Assembly: GCA_038087875.1 (NCBI GenBank)
Contig: CM075995.1
Location: 6,884,001-6,948,000, forward strand
DNA: 64,000 nt
Source of the DNA: Malacoraja senta
Taxonomy: Eukaryota
Reading direction: 5' to 3'
The translations under genes were made by a program, and so were the position numbers. Shown in pieces: positions 12,585 through 24,896 of the stretch. Numbering within the stretch: the stretch's first letter is position 1; each line of letters starts with the position of its first letter. Under the pieces are notes generated by a model that saw only the letters and a program-made list of their open reading frames with translations, was not told the origin of the DNA and made no database searches.

Positions 12585-13125
12585 ACCCTTCTTCAGACTG
12601 GTTAGGGATAAGGGAAACGAGAGATATAGACAGTGATGTGGAGAGATAAAGAACAATGAATGAAAGATATGCAAAAAAGTACCTATGATAAAGGTAACAG
12701 GCCGTTGTTAGCTGTTTGTTTTGTGAAAACGAGAAGCTGGTGTGACTTGGGTGGGGGAGGTGTAGAGAGAGAGGGAATGCCGGGGCTACCTGAAGTGAGA
12801 GAAATCAATGTTCATACCGCTGAGGTGTAAGCTGCCCAAGCGAAGTATGAGATGCTGTTCCTCCAATTTGTGTTTAGCTTCACTCTGACAATGGAGGAGA
12901 CCCAGGACAGAAAGGTCACTGTGGGAATGGGAAGGGGAATTAAAGTGTATAGCAACCGGGAGATCAGATAGGTTCAGGCGGGCAGAGCGAATACTTAACG
13001 TTTCTGGTCGAGACCCCTCTTCAGACTGCCTCTCTGAAGAAGGGTCTCGACCCAAAACATCAAGTATTCCTTTTATTCCAGAGATGCCGCCTGACCTGTT
13101 GAGTTACTCCAGCTGTTTTGTGTCG
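12585..13125 (-). mobile_element. Penelope-like fragment (GIY-YIG C-terminus + pseudo-LTR)
   Basis: Peptide DLPVAIHFNSPSHSHSDLSVLGLLHCQSEAKHKLEEQHLILRLGSL; hammerhead-like motifs on both strands near 13000-13060. Confidence 0.8.
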
Positions 13126-13899
13126 TTATTGTTCTATGTTCTCTTACGAGCAATCGCTGCATCATTGCGTTGCAGAATATCAAGTGTTGTGTTCTCCAGA
13201 ATCGACACCCGCCATCTTTACCAAGCTTAAAAGCTTAACAAAACCGATAGAAATCCAGTCTAACAAATGGGAAAGAAATGCCAAGTCGATAAAAGAGCAA
13301 TAGGTTGCAGATAATGCTAAGCAACGTCACTCCTGTGATAATTACCATGCTCGACGTAGCTCCTGTGGCTGGGATGAAAGTTTTTAAAAAAGAGAAAGAT
13401 CTGGAGCATGAGGCAACCTGCAATTACTGTTATTGGAGGCTGTTATTGGAGTATTTTTAGAAACCGTTGAGTATGCTTTTAAATGTGACATTGAAATAAG
13501 AAATGTTCAGCGGAAACAATGAGAGGTGATCGTTTAAGCCATGCACTGCTGTTTGCAAACTAGAGCGATTTTTTTAGGCATTGCTCACCGCTAGAAATTG
13601 TTCACCGATGATATTATAACATTATGTAGGAGGGAACTGCTGATGCCGGTTTAGAAACATAGAAACGTAGAAAATAGGTGCAGGAGTAGGCCATTCCGCC
13701 CTTCGAGCTAGCACCGCCATTCATTATGATCATGGCTGATCATCCACAATCAGTACCCTGATCCTGCTTTCTCCCCATATCCCGAATCCGATAGCCCTAA
13801 GAGCTAAATCCAACTCTCTCTTGAAAATACACCGAAGATAGATACATAATGCCGGAGCACCTGGAGGAAACCATGCATATCATATGTGGAACATACAAA

Positions 13900-14432
13900 G
13901 TGCACATGGTATTGGGGGTAGGGTGTTGACGTGGATAGAAAGTTAGTTGGCAGACCGGAAGCAAAGAGTAGGAGTGAACGGGTCCTTTTCAGAATGGCAG
14001 GCAGTGGCGAGTGGAGTGCTGCAAGGCTCGGTGTTGGGGCTGCAACTGTTTACCATATATATTAATGATTTGGAAGAGGGAATTAGGAGCAACACTAGCA
14101 TGTTTGCGGATGACACAAAGCTGGGTGGCAGTGTGAATTGCGAAGAGGATGTTAGGAGGTTGCAGGGTGACCTGGACAGGTTGAGTGAGTGGGCAGATGC
14201 GTGGCAGATGCAGTATAATATAGATAAATGTGAGGTTATCCACTTTGGTGGCAAAAACAAGGGGGCAGATTATTATCTCAATGGGGTTAGGTTAGGTAAG
14301 GGGGAGGTACAGCGAGACCTGGGTGTCCTTCGCGTGCAGGTACAGCAGGCAGTGAAGAAAGCTAATAGAATATCAGGTGGTGCAGGCTCGAATGGCTCAA
14401 TGGCCTCCTCCTGCACCTATTATCTATGTTTC
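13900..14432 (+). mobile_element. CR1 RT fragment
   Basis: SGVLQGSVLG and FADDTKLGG motifs. Confidence 0.9.
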
Positions 14433-14539
14433 TACAGCATCTGAGGTCAGGATTGTACCAGGGTCTCTGGCACTAGGAGGTAGTGGCTCTACCAGCTGCG
14501 CCACCATGCCACAAAGCTACTTCCTGCCTACCGATACTA

Positions 14540-14975
14540 ATACCACTAATACCAAAGCTTTTAGTCTCTTGCCCAGAGTAGGGGAATTGAAAGGCCAGGA
14601 CTCTATTCCTTGGAGCGCAGGAGGATGAGGGTGATCTTATAAAGGTGTACAAAATTATGAGAGGAATAGTCTCTTGCCCGGAGTAGGGGAATCGAGAACC
14701 AGAGGATATAGGTTTAAGGTGAAGGGGGAAAGATTGTATAGGAATCTGACTTTTTCGCACAAAGGGTGGTGGGTGTATGGAATGAGCTGCAAGAGGAGGT
14801 AGTTGAGGCTGGGACTATCGCTACGTTTAAGAAATGTGTAGACAGGTACATGGATAGGACAATTTTACAGGGATATGGACGAAACGCAGGCAGGTGGGAC
14901 TAGTGGAGCTGGGACATATTGGTCGGTGTGGGCAAGTTGGGCCGAAGGGCCTGTTTCCACGCTGTATCACTCTAT
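14540..14975 (+). mobile_element. CR1 3' fragment with the HE1-shared tail
   Basis: CR1 C-terminal coding remnant followed by gggccgaagggcctgtttcc. Confidence 0.7.
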
Positions 14976-15199
14976 GACGAACTCATTCCATCGGTTTGTA
15001 TAAGACATCCCGTTTCCCTTGGGTAGACTGAGCTACAACTGAGCATTTACTTTGATTGTGTTTATTTGAGCGATACAGCGTGGAAACGCACCGACCAGCG
15101 ATCCCTGCACATTAACACTACCCTACGCACACTGTGGACAATTTACACTTATACCAAGCCAATTAACCTACAAACCTGTACGTCTTTGGAGTTCACAAG

Positions 15200-15735
15200 T
15201 TCATGTTCACAAGTTATAGGAGTGGAATTAGGCCATTCGGCCCATCGAGTCTACTCCGCCATTCAATCATGGCTGATCTCTGCCTCCTAATCCCATTTTC
15301 CTGCCTTCTCCCCATAACCCTTGACACCCGTTCTAATCACGAATTTGTCTATCTCTGCCTTAATAATATCCACTGACTTGGCCTCCACAGCCCTCTGTGG
15401 CAATGAGTTCCACAGATTCACCACCCTCTGACTAAAGAAGTTCCTCCTCACCTCTTTTCTAAAAGGGCACCCTTTAATTCTGAAGCCATGACCTCTGGTC
15501 CTGGACTCTCCCACCAGTGGAAACATCCTCTCCACATCCACTATCCAGGCCTTTCATTATTCTATAAATTTCAATGAGGTCCCCCCTCAACCTTCTAAAC
15601 TCCAGCGAGTACAGGCCCAGTGCAGTCAACGCTCATCATATGCTAACCCACTCATTACTGGAATCATTCATGTAAACCTCCTCTGGACCCTCTTCAGAGC
15701 CAGCACATCCTTCCTCAGATATGGAGCCCAAATTT
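15200..15735 (-). mobile_element. CR1 3' fragment
   Basis: Peptide ESRTRGH...FFSQRVVNLWNSLP. Confidence 0.85.
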
Positions 15736-17663
15736 GCTCACAGTGTGGGAGGAAAGCGAAGATCTGAGAAAAACCATGCAGGTCACAGGCAGAGCGTACA
15801 AACTGTACAGACTGCCTCCGTAGGCACGGCAAGAGCTGTAAAGCAGCAACTCTACCGCTGCGCCACCGTGCCACCTTCATTTTATGATGCAGTTATTTTT
15901 TTCACTCATAGTCATAGAGTGAAACAGGTCCTTCGACCCAATTTGCACACAACGACCAACATGTCCCACCTGCACTAGTCTCACCTGCTTGCGTTTGGTC
16001 CCTATCTCTCCAAACCTGCCCTATCCAAGTACCTGTCTAACTATTTCTTAACCTTTCGGATAGTCCTCAACTAGCTGAGCCTGAAGAAGGATCTCGACAC
16101 GAAACGTCACCCATTCCTTCTATCCAGAGATGCTGTCTGTCCCTCTGAGTTACTCCGGCATTTTGTGTCTCTCTTCATCTACCTCCTCCGGCAGCTTGTT
16201 CCATACACCCGCCACCACTTTGTATGAAAAAATTACCCCTCAGATTCCTACTGAGTCTTTTCACCTTTACCTTGAACCTATGTCCTCTGGTCCTCGATTC
16301 CCCTACGCTGGGCAAGAGACTTTGTGCGTCTGCCCGATGTATTCCTCTTCTTGGTGACGATGCTGCTGTGATCGCCTGTGTTGTTTGCGGTCCCTGGCTG
16401 TTTTCTGTCGTCCCGAGCCTTGTGCAAGTTAAATCATCTGCCTGAATTGAGGAACAAAATAGCAGTTTACGCAACATGCACTGATGTGTCATCTCGTGCC
16501 ATTTAGAGGAGTGTTATGATACTGGAAAATTATATACTTCAGTGATCTACGTACTGTAAGGGTCAATTAGGCTTTCGTGGATGTGACAAGCAATGCTCTG
16601 TATCCACCATTTCACTCTTTTTTTTCCCCTTTGTATCTTCATAAGTGACCATAAGATCATGTGATAGGAACATAGAAACATAGACAATAGGTGCAAGAGT
16701 GGGCCATTCGGCCCTTCGAGCCAGCACCGCCATTCAATATGATCATGGCTGATCATCCAAAATCAGTACCCCGTTCCTGCTTTCCCCCCATATCCCTTGA
16801 CTCCATTAGCACTAGGAGCGAGATCTAACTCTCAAGGCAGAATTAGGCCATACGGCCCATCAAGCCTACTCCGCCATTCAATCATGGCTGATCTATCTCT
16901 CCCCACTTCTGCCCATAACCTCTGACCCCATTCTATTCAAGGATCTCTGCCTTAAATATATCCACTGACTTTGCCTCCATGGCCTTCTGTGGCAAAGAAT
17001 TCCACAGGTTCACCACCCTCACTCGGAGTAATGGGGGGAGCCGATTAACTCCACAAGAACATATTAGAATGGCATGTATGAAAGCTAATCATATGTAGGA
17101 ATCTTGGTCAGCCAACTTTTAGGGTCATAGAGTCATACAGTTCAGTTCAGTTTATTGTCATGTGTACCGAGGTACAATGAAAAGCTTTTGTTGCGTGCTG
17201 TCCAGCCAGCGGAAAGATGATATGTGCTTGCAATCAAGCCGTCCACAGTGTACAGATACATGATACGGGAATAGAAAAAACGGTAAGGCGGAAACAGGCT
17301 CTTCGGCCCATCGAGTCCGCACCGACCTGCGGTCCCCGCACATTAACACTGTCCTGCACACATTAGGGACAATTAACATTTGTACCCGCCTTCAAACATG
17401 ATTCGGGCAGCCCGATGGCGCAGCGGTAGAGTTGCTGCCTCACAGCGCCACACACCCGGGATCGATCCTGACTACGGGTGCTGTCTGTACGGAGTTTGTA
17501 CGTTCTCCCCGGAACAGCAGGATCTGGATCGATTGGCCAGGTGGGCTGAGGAATGGTTGATGGAATTTAACAGAGAGAAATGTGAGGCGTTGCATTTTGG
17601 GACGTCTATTTTGGAACACTCCCCAGAGGCCTACCGTTCACTGTGTAGGTCGTGCCCATGAGT

Positions 17664-17691
17664 CTGAAGAAGGGTCTCGACCCGAAACGTC
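17664..17691 (+). ncRNA. Minimal type I hammerhead ribozyme motif of a Penelope pseudo-LTR (best copy)
   Basis: CTGAAGA, stem II GGGTC-tc-GACCC, GAAAC, GTC. About 15 similar or degenerate copies occur in the window. Confidence 0.65.
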
Positions 17692-18880
17692 GCCTATTCC
17701 ATCGCTCCATAGATACTGCCTCACCCGCTGAGTTTCTCCAGCATTTTTGTCTACCTGTTATACCAAGCCAAGTAACTCTATCACTGTGCCGCCGTGCCGC
17801 CCCTCTCTGTAGGGCAAACTGTTTCAGGAACTGCATGAGCAACCTGCGTAACCTTGTGGCCTCACGAAAGTCTGATATAACTGTGGCATGACCTCCCCAG
17901 ATTCTGAGTACAGAGAACCCAGACACTCAAAAAAGGTCTCGACTTCCTCCTCTGGCAGCTCGTTCCACACACCCACCACACTTTGTGTGAAAAAGTTAAA
18001 TGTTACCCCTCAGGTTCCTATTCTTTCCCCCCTCGCCTTAAACCTATGTCCTCTGGTTCTCGATTCCCCTACTCTGGACAAGATCGTCTACCCGATCCAT
18101 TCCTCTCATGATTTTGTACATCTCTATAAGATCACATCTCATCCTTCTGCACTCCAAGGAATGGAATCCCAGCCTGCTCAGCCTCTATCAATAGCTCAGT
18201 CCCTCGAGTCCCGGCAACATCCTCGTAAATCTTCCTTGAACCCTTTCTTGCTTGACAACATATTTCTTAAAACATGGTGCCCAGAACTGAACACAATACT
18301 CTTAAATGCAACCTCACAAAGTCTTATACAACATGAACTCCCAACTTCTATACTCAATACTCTGGCTAATGACCACCCGAACTACCTGTGACTCCACCTT
18401 CAGGGAACCATGCACCTGCACTCTTCGATCCCTCTGCTCTACAACACTGCCCAGAGCCCTACCATTCACCGTGTAGGTCCTGCCCATATTAAACGTCCCA
18501 AAATGCAACACCTCACATTTCTCTCTGTTAAATTCCATCAACCATTCCTCAGCCCACCTGGCCAATCGATTCAGACCCTGCTGTCACGGGGAGAACGTAC
18601 AAACTCCGTACAGTCAACACCGTAGTCAGGATCGAACCCGGGTGTCTGGCGCTGTGAGGAAGCAACTCTACCGCTGCGCCATTGTGCCACCTGAATGATG
18701 TTTCAAGGCAGGTAGAGATACAGCGCGGAAACAGGCCCTTCGGCCCACCAAGTCTGTGCCGACCAGCGATCCCCACACTCTTACACAAACTAGTGGGGGA
18801 GGATGATGGGGAAAATGGAATGCCTTTCATTGCAAATGCATATATATATATATATGCATATATATATGCATATATATATT

Positions 18881-19919
18881 AGCAATGTTACAACATTTTG
18901 AGATTTAAAAAATAAAGTCTGCAATTTATCCCATCAGATAAAGCATAAAAAGAAGTTTAATTTGACACTTAATTCACTTTCATATCTTCAGTATTAAAAA
19001 AGTTATGGCCATTATCATACTCAGAAATTAGCACCTTGTTCCCTATTGCTTTTCCATTGACTTAACACAAAAGCTGTGATCGAGGACAGTTAAAAGCCCA
19101 TAACTTTCTTAAAAATTATGGTAACTGAAAGAAATTTTCAGGTATTATAGATTGAAGCATTCTGAAACAAATATGAAACAATCTTACTTCGAAGACATGA
19201 AAGTAAAGCATATAATTAGTTAGTTACCTAATTGTAGCTAATTACAAAATTCAATTACTAGATCTAAACATCTATCATTTTCTTAAGAATAGATTAACAT
19301 TTTTAAATAGCCTAAGTGTCCAAATAACATTCACACAATAATTCACAATATAACATAATTATTTAAATCTAATTTTCATGAATTTACAGGCCAAATGGAA
19401 GGAATTGAATGTTTAATACCTGTAAATTAATGGGGATTTAATTCATTTTGCGAGTGAGAATTTCTGGAACGCGATCATTTGGAACGTTCATTTGCGGTGA
19501 ATTTAACCCCGTATTGGCATGAAAAATACTGCCGTTAATTCGGGGAATAAAATCACCGTGTCGCATGACAAAATGTGAATTAAAGGCTTCTTAAGAAGCA
19601 CTTTTATACATTTAAAGAAAGCACTTTTGTTTACCTATCCATTGTGTGAAATCCGTCCCCGTTATTGGCGTTGACGCTTCAGGAGCTGCTTTTAAAACTA
19701 CTGTAGCGCTGACATTGACGATTTAATTTTTAAAAAAAATCACAAATCGCCGGTAGGAACGATTTTGTCAGCGAAGTTTTGTACTCCAACAAAATATTTC
19801 CAGGACAAGGAAGGAGAAACCGCGTTTTAACCCCGCCCCCCCCTTAAAGGCGCCAAAATCGCGCACACGGCCAGTGGCAGAATTACAGCGCGACTGAAGG
19901 TAAGTTTTGTAACATACCT
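18881..19919. mobile_element. Non-autonomous TIR DNA transposon inserted in a (TA)n tract
   Basis: Imperfect TIRs AGCAATGTTACAA ... TTGTAACATACCT with TA runs on both sides. Superfamily not assignable. Confidence 0.6.
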
Positions 19920-19937
19920 ATATATATACATCGTATA

Positions 19938-20569
19938 TCTATAATACTAAACTCTTCGTCTTGTTTGTGACTGTGTGCGTGTGTGTGTGAATATCTGATT
20001 AATTCCTATTTTCTACCACAAACGCTAGGCCACAGCCTTCCCATTTTCACACATTCTACTTACATTTTTCCCGTTGAGGTGATAAACATCTTCCCGTCGC
20101 ATTCCCACCTATATTTCCAAAGTTTTTAATCATTTCAAGTTTTAAGAACCGCCCGAAGACTCACCCTTTTCGGACCCCCCCCTCAGAGTGACGTCACAAT
20201 GCACTCGCAGGGCAGGACGAGACATTCTCCCTCTACCCCCCTCCCTCTCTGCCCCTCTCCCTCTCTACTCCCCTTCCCCTTCCTTTCTACTCCCCTCCAT
20301 CTCTACCCCCTCCCTCTACCTCTCTACCCCCAACCCCTCCTTTCTACCTCCTCCCTCTCTGCCCCCCCCTCTCTAGGGATTGATTGAAGAGGGTGAAGAG
20401 GAGAAGGGAGTGCTGGGGGTTGAGGAGAAACGAGCCGCGCCTGCGCAGTTGGGGGCTATGCGTGAGTGGTGGAATATTGCGTTGGGGGAAGACTTACGTT
20501 GGGGGAACGGCTTGCGTTGGGGGAACGGGTGAGTGGTGGAATCTTGCGTTGGGGGACCACTTGGTCTAG
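19938..20569 (+). mobile_element. Non-autonomous Helitron-like element
   Basis: 5' end A|TCTATAATACTAAA; 3' end cacttggtCTAG|T with the hairpin partly deleted. Confidence 0.7.
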
Positions 20570-22169
20570 TATATACCCATAAAACTCTCATCTTGTATGT
20601 ATGTGTGTGTCTTTCTATCTCCTCAAAACGTGCTAGAGTTGAAATTTTTACAGATTATTATTCACATTAACCCGGTCGATGCAATAAACAGCTTCCCTTC
20701 ACCCTTCACATTTCATGCTTTAAAAAAAAAGCCATAAACGACTTTTCAAACAACTCACAGATTCTTCAAGCAACTTCGAATGACGTCACAATGTTCTCCG
20801 CGAGGGGAAGGGGGCGGCGCCCTCTCCACCCTCCCCAACGGTTTTTAACTTCAAACCACTGATTCTTCGCGCGCGCGCGCGCGCCACGTGGGAATGTTCT
20901 GGAACCCCCTCCCCCCCCCCCCCCTTGCCTGGCCCAGTCGCACTGAAGATGCTGCTCGCGCGGGCCCACGCCACGCCCGCACTGAAGATGCAGCTCGCGG
21001 CCTCGCGCGGGTCCACGCCCGTGCTCGCGGCCTCTGCTGCTGTTGACGCCCGCTGAGAGACCCGACTCCACCGCCGTCGCACTGCACCTCAGACCAGCTG
21101 CATCCCCTCTGGTCCCATTCGCTGGCTCCTGCCCCCCCTCCTGCAGCATCACACACACTAACCACCCCCCACATACACGGGGGGGGTGGGGGGAGTGGGG
21201 GGGGGGGTGGAGGGGGAGAGGAGGGGGGGTGGAGAGGAGGGGGGAGAGATGGGGGGAGGGCGAGAGAGGAGGGGGGGGAGGGCAGGGAAAGGGGGCTGTA
21301 GGGGAGAGGGGGAAAGGGAGGGGTGGGGGGAGGGGGGGCAGAGGAGGGAGAGAGTGGAGGGAGGGAGGGGGAGAGAGTGGAGGGGAAATGGGAGGGGGTG
21401 TAGGGAGGGGGGGAGAAAGTAGGAGGGGGCAGAGGTGGGGGGTAGAGAGGGTTAGGGAGGGGGTGGGAGAGAGTAAGAGGGGCGGAGAGAGGGTGAGGGA
21501 GGGGGGAAGAGGTGGAGGGGAGCCGGATGAGCGAGGGTGCTGCAAAAAGTGGAGAGAACCCGGGGAGAGGGAGAGAGCTGTAGTACAGGGCCCGACTAGT
21601 ACAAGGCTCTCGGGTTCTCTTTGGGAAAGCCAAGCCGAGGCGCGAGCGTACTGCGTGTCGCTCTTTGCGACGTCATCACTCAGGTGCTCCGCGGCATCTC
21701 CCGGGTTCTCAATCCAGAGCCCTTGGGGGGGGGGGGGGGCTGCTGGGCGGCTGGGCTGTGGATGGGGCAGAGCGGGGCGCTGCGGCCGGCCGCACTCGGG
21801 TGTTTCTCGGCACCTCTCGGGTTGGCCGTTGCAGTGTGAGTGATGCGGGGGGGGGGGGGCACGTAACTCGCAGCTCGTGGAAAACTGGCCATGAAAAATC
21901 TGCGCAGCTCGCCGCAAGGAGCAGAGGCATTGTGACGTCATCAGCCCGTTAGCTTCAGCTTCAGTTAGCTTTAGCTTCAGATTGGTGAAGAATTTGAAGA
22001 AATAAATGAAGAAATAATGAACCAAATTTTCAGATGAGGCGATTTTCGACATCATGAGGTAAATCTCTAACGGAATATGTAAAAATTTCACCATTAGCGC
22101 GTCGGGTTTTCGAGAAGATGTGAATCACACACAAGCAAACAAATAAACGATCAGAGTTTTATAAGTATA
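20570..22169. mobile_element. Two convergent Helitron-like 5' halves fused together
   Basis: A TATA..TAAAACTCT head at each end faces inward. tgacgtcacaatg at 20781 has its reverse complement ending at 21940. Confidence 0.55.
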
Positions 22170-22456
22170 CTAGACTAAGTGGGACCCGTTGGGTCCCATG
22201 TTCTCACGGGAGGGCTGGTCCCCCAATGCAATATTCCACCTCCACCAATTCCAATATTGGTGACCAGTGGGGGGGGCTTTCTGGAGCGCTAGTATGGGTG
22301 TTGTGGGCTGAAGGGACTGGTTTCCAGAGGGCTAGTGTGGACATTGTGGGCCAAATGGATTCTTGTGGTGGCAGCTCAGTCACTCAAACCTGATGTGCTG
22401 GCAGCTCACTCACGGCTGGTGGGCTGGCAGTTGACTTACGGCTATTCCTTGAAATT

Positions 22457-22855
22457 CCATTTCAAGCAGGGTGCAAGGCCACCAAATTCAAATGCAGTTT
22501 CCTACCATTTCAAGCAGGGTGCAAGGCCACCAAATTCAAGTGTAGTTTCTTACCACTTCAAGCAGGGTGCAAGGCCACCAAATTCATGTGCAGTTTCATA
22601 CTACTTCAAGCAGGGTGCAAGGCCACCAAATTCAGGTGCAGTTTCCTACCACTTCAAGCAGGGTGCAAGGCCACCGAATTCAAGTGCAGTTTCAACCACT
22701 TCAAGCAGGGTGTAAGGCCACAAAATGCAAGTGCAGTTGCATGCCATTTCAAGCAGGGTGCAAGGCCACCAAATTCAAATGCAGTTTCTTACCATTTCAT
22801 GCAGAGTGCAAGGCCACCAAATAAAATGCAGTTTCATACCATTTCAACCAGGGTG
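22457..22855. repeat. 48-bp minisatellite, about 9 copies
   Basis: caagcagggtgcaaggccacc-type unit at 22463, 22511, 22559, 22607, 22655, 22702, 22750, 22798 and 22845. Confidence 0.95.
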
Positions 22856-23239
22856 AAACCACCATAAAACCACACAAAACACCACATAAACACCACACTC
22901 ACAGTTCAGTAGACATTCAGTGTGTTCAGTTGATTCACAACTCAGACAGAGTCATGACCTCTCCCTCCCCCATCTTGCAGAGACTGAGCCACACCCACAC
23001 GTCCGGGTTTTATAATCCCTCCCACCGGAAGGGGCGTGGCCTTCATGGCGTGATTGACAGGAGAGAGATTCTCAACATTTTTAAAACACTAATAACACTT
23101 ATTTTTCATTGATGGGAAGAATCCTCTGCACCTGATGAGCGGAGGGGGACTGAGTAAGATGGCCAAAAATCACAGCCGTAAGTGGTAGCGTTTTATTTAA
23201 AATCAATATACAGTGCAAACAGGGAGTTGTCATGTTTCC

Positions 23240-23447
23240 ACCGCCAACAGCCATTTGCAGTGCTTCACTTCAAACCAACCACCACCAACAGCCATTTGCA
23301 GTGCTTCACTTCAAACCAACCACCACCAACAGCCATTTGCAGTGCTTCACTTCAAACCAACCACCACCAACAGCCATTTGCAGTGCTTCACTTCAAACCA
23401 ACCACCACCAACAGCCATTTGCTGTGCTTCACTTCAAACCAACCACA
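23240..23447. repeat. 41-bp minisatellite, 5 copies
   Basis: aacagccatttg at 23246, 23287, 23328, 23369 and 23410. Confidence 0.95.
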
Positions 23448-24896
23448 TTTTCATTTTCAAACCACATTAAGGGCACTCAAGGTCAGTAAAACCACACTCA
23501 CAGTTAAGTAGACATGTGTTCAGTGTTATTCACAGCTCAGACTGAGAGACGTGACCCTCTCGCTTCCCCCATCTTGCAGAGACTGACTGAGGCACTCAAC
23601 ACTTCTGGGTTTTATAGTTCCTCCAGAAGGGGCGTGGCCTTCAGGAGAGAGAATCTCAACATTTTTTAAACACTAATAACTCTTTTATTTTTCATCGATG
23701 GGAAAAATCCTCTTGTCCTGTACAGCAGAGGAGGACTCTGAGTAAGATGGCCAAAAATCACAGCCGTAAGTGGCAGCGTTTTTTCTAAAATCAATATACA
23801 GAACTACAGGAAGAGGTCAAGATCACTTTTAGTAATATAGATAGAGATGATCTATATATATGTGTATTTGTGAGTATGTGTATATATACACACACTGAAC
23901 TTTTTTCTCGTTTATTATATTGTTTACAGTGTACTATATTTAAATATTCTGTTGTGCTGCTGCAAGTAAGAATTTCATTGTTCTATCTGGGACACATGAC
24001 AATAAAACACTCTTGTCTCGTGAAATGGTGTTGAAATGACTTCCTGTGATGATCTGTTCTTCGCTATTTTAGTCAATGGGAAGAGGAAGTGCCATTATCT
24101 TTTGAGGTCAGTTGTACAACAATAATGGCCTGCTTCCTATTCCTTAATGGGCCAGCAGCATAATCAAGGACGAGTCCAGCCCTGGCCGCTCCCTCTTCTC
24201 CCCTCTCCCATCGGACAAAAGAAACAGAAGTGTGAAAACTCACACCTCCAGATTCAGGGACAGTTTCTTCCCAGCTGTTATGAGGCAACTGAATCATCCT
24301 ACCACAACTAGAGAGCAGTCCTGAACTACTATCTACCTCATTGGTGACCCTCAGACTATCTTTGATCAGACTTCACTGGCTTTACCTTGACTAAATGTTC
24401 TACCCTTATCATGTATTTGTACACTGTAAATGGCTCGATTGTAATCGTGTATAGTCTTTCCGTTAGCACGCAACAAAAGCTTTTCACTGGACCTCGGTAC
24501 ATGTGACAATAAACTAAAGTGAAACTGAAACTGAACTGAAAGTCAAAGTCCAATGGCTCAGGCTTGGTTTCTTTTGATGTTTACAATGCTCAATAGACTT
24601 TAGAGATACAGCACGGAAGCAGGCCCTTCGGCCCACCGAGTCCGCACCGACCAGCGACCACCCTATACACTGGCACTATCCTAAACATTGGACAATCTAC
24701 AAATTTTATCAAAATCAAGTACCAATCAAGAACCTGTCAATCTCCGCCTTAAATATTCCTATTGACAGCCTCCACAGCCGCGTGTGGCAATGAATTCCAC
24801 AGGCTCACCACCCTCTGTCTAAAGAAATTCCTCATCATTTCCTTTCTAAAGGAACATCCTATAATTCTGAGGCTGTGACCTCTGGTCTGAGCCACT

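Larger units (their letters stand above)
22170..23841 (-). mobile_element. Non-autonomous Helitron-like element with internal minisatellites
   Basis: 5' end TCTATATTACTAAAAG at 23841. 3' hairpin TGGGACCC-aac-GGGTCCCA (22180-22198) followed by CTAG at 22170-22173. Confidence 0.78.

Noticed and set aside
16350..16460. Minus-strand acceptor-like site (ttttgttcctcaattcag) with a short open frame
   Set aside because: The frame runs into a CR1 fragment, with no donor and no recognisable protein.
20766..22094. 442-aa ORF and overlapping ORFs
   Set aside because: GC-rich and polypurine interior of non-autonomous elements; no domain motifs, no Rep or helicase signature.
22457..23447. CRISPR-like regular repeats
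   Set aside because: Contiguous tandem units without unique spacers, in a vertebrate context with no cas genes.
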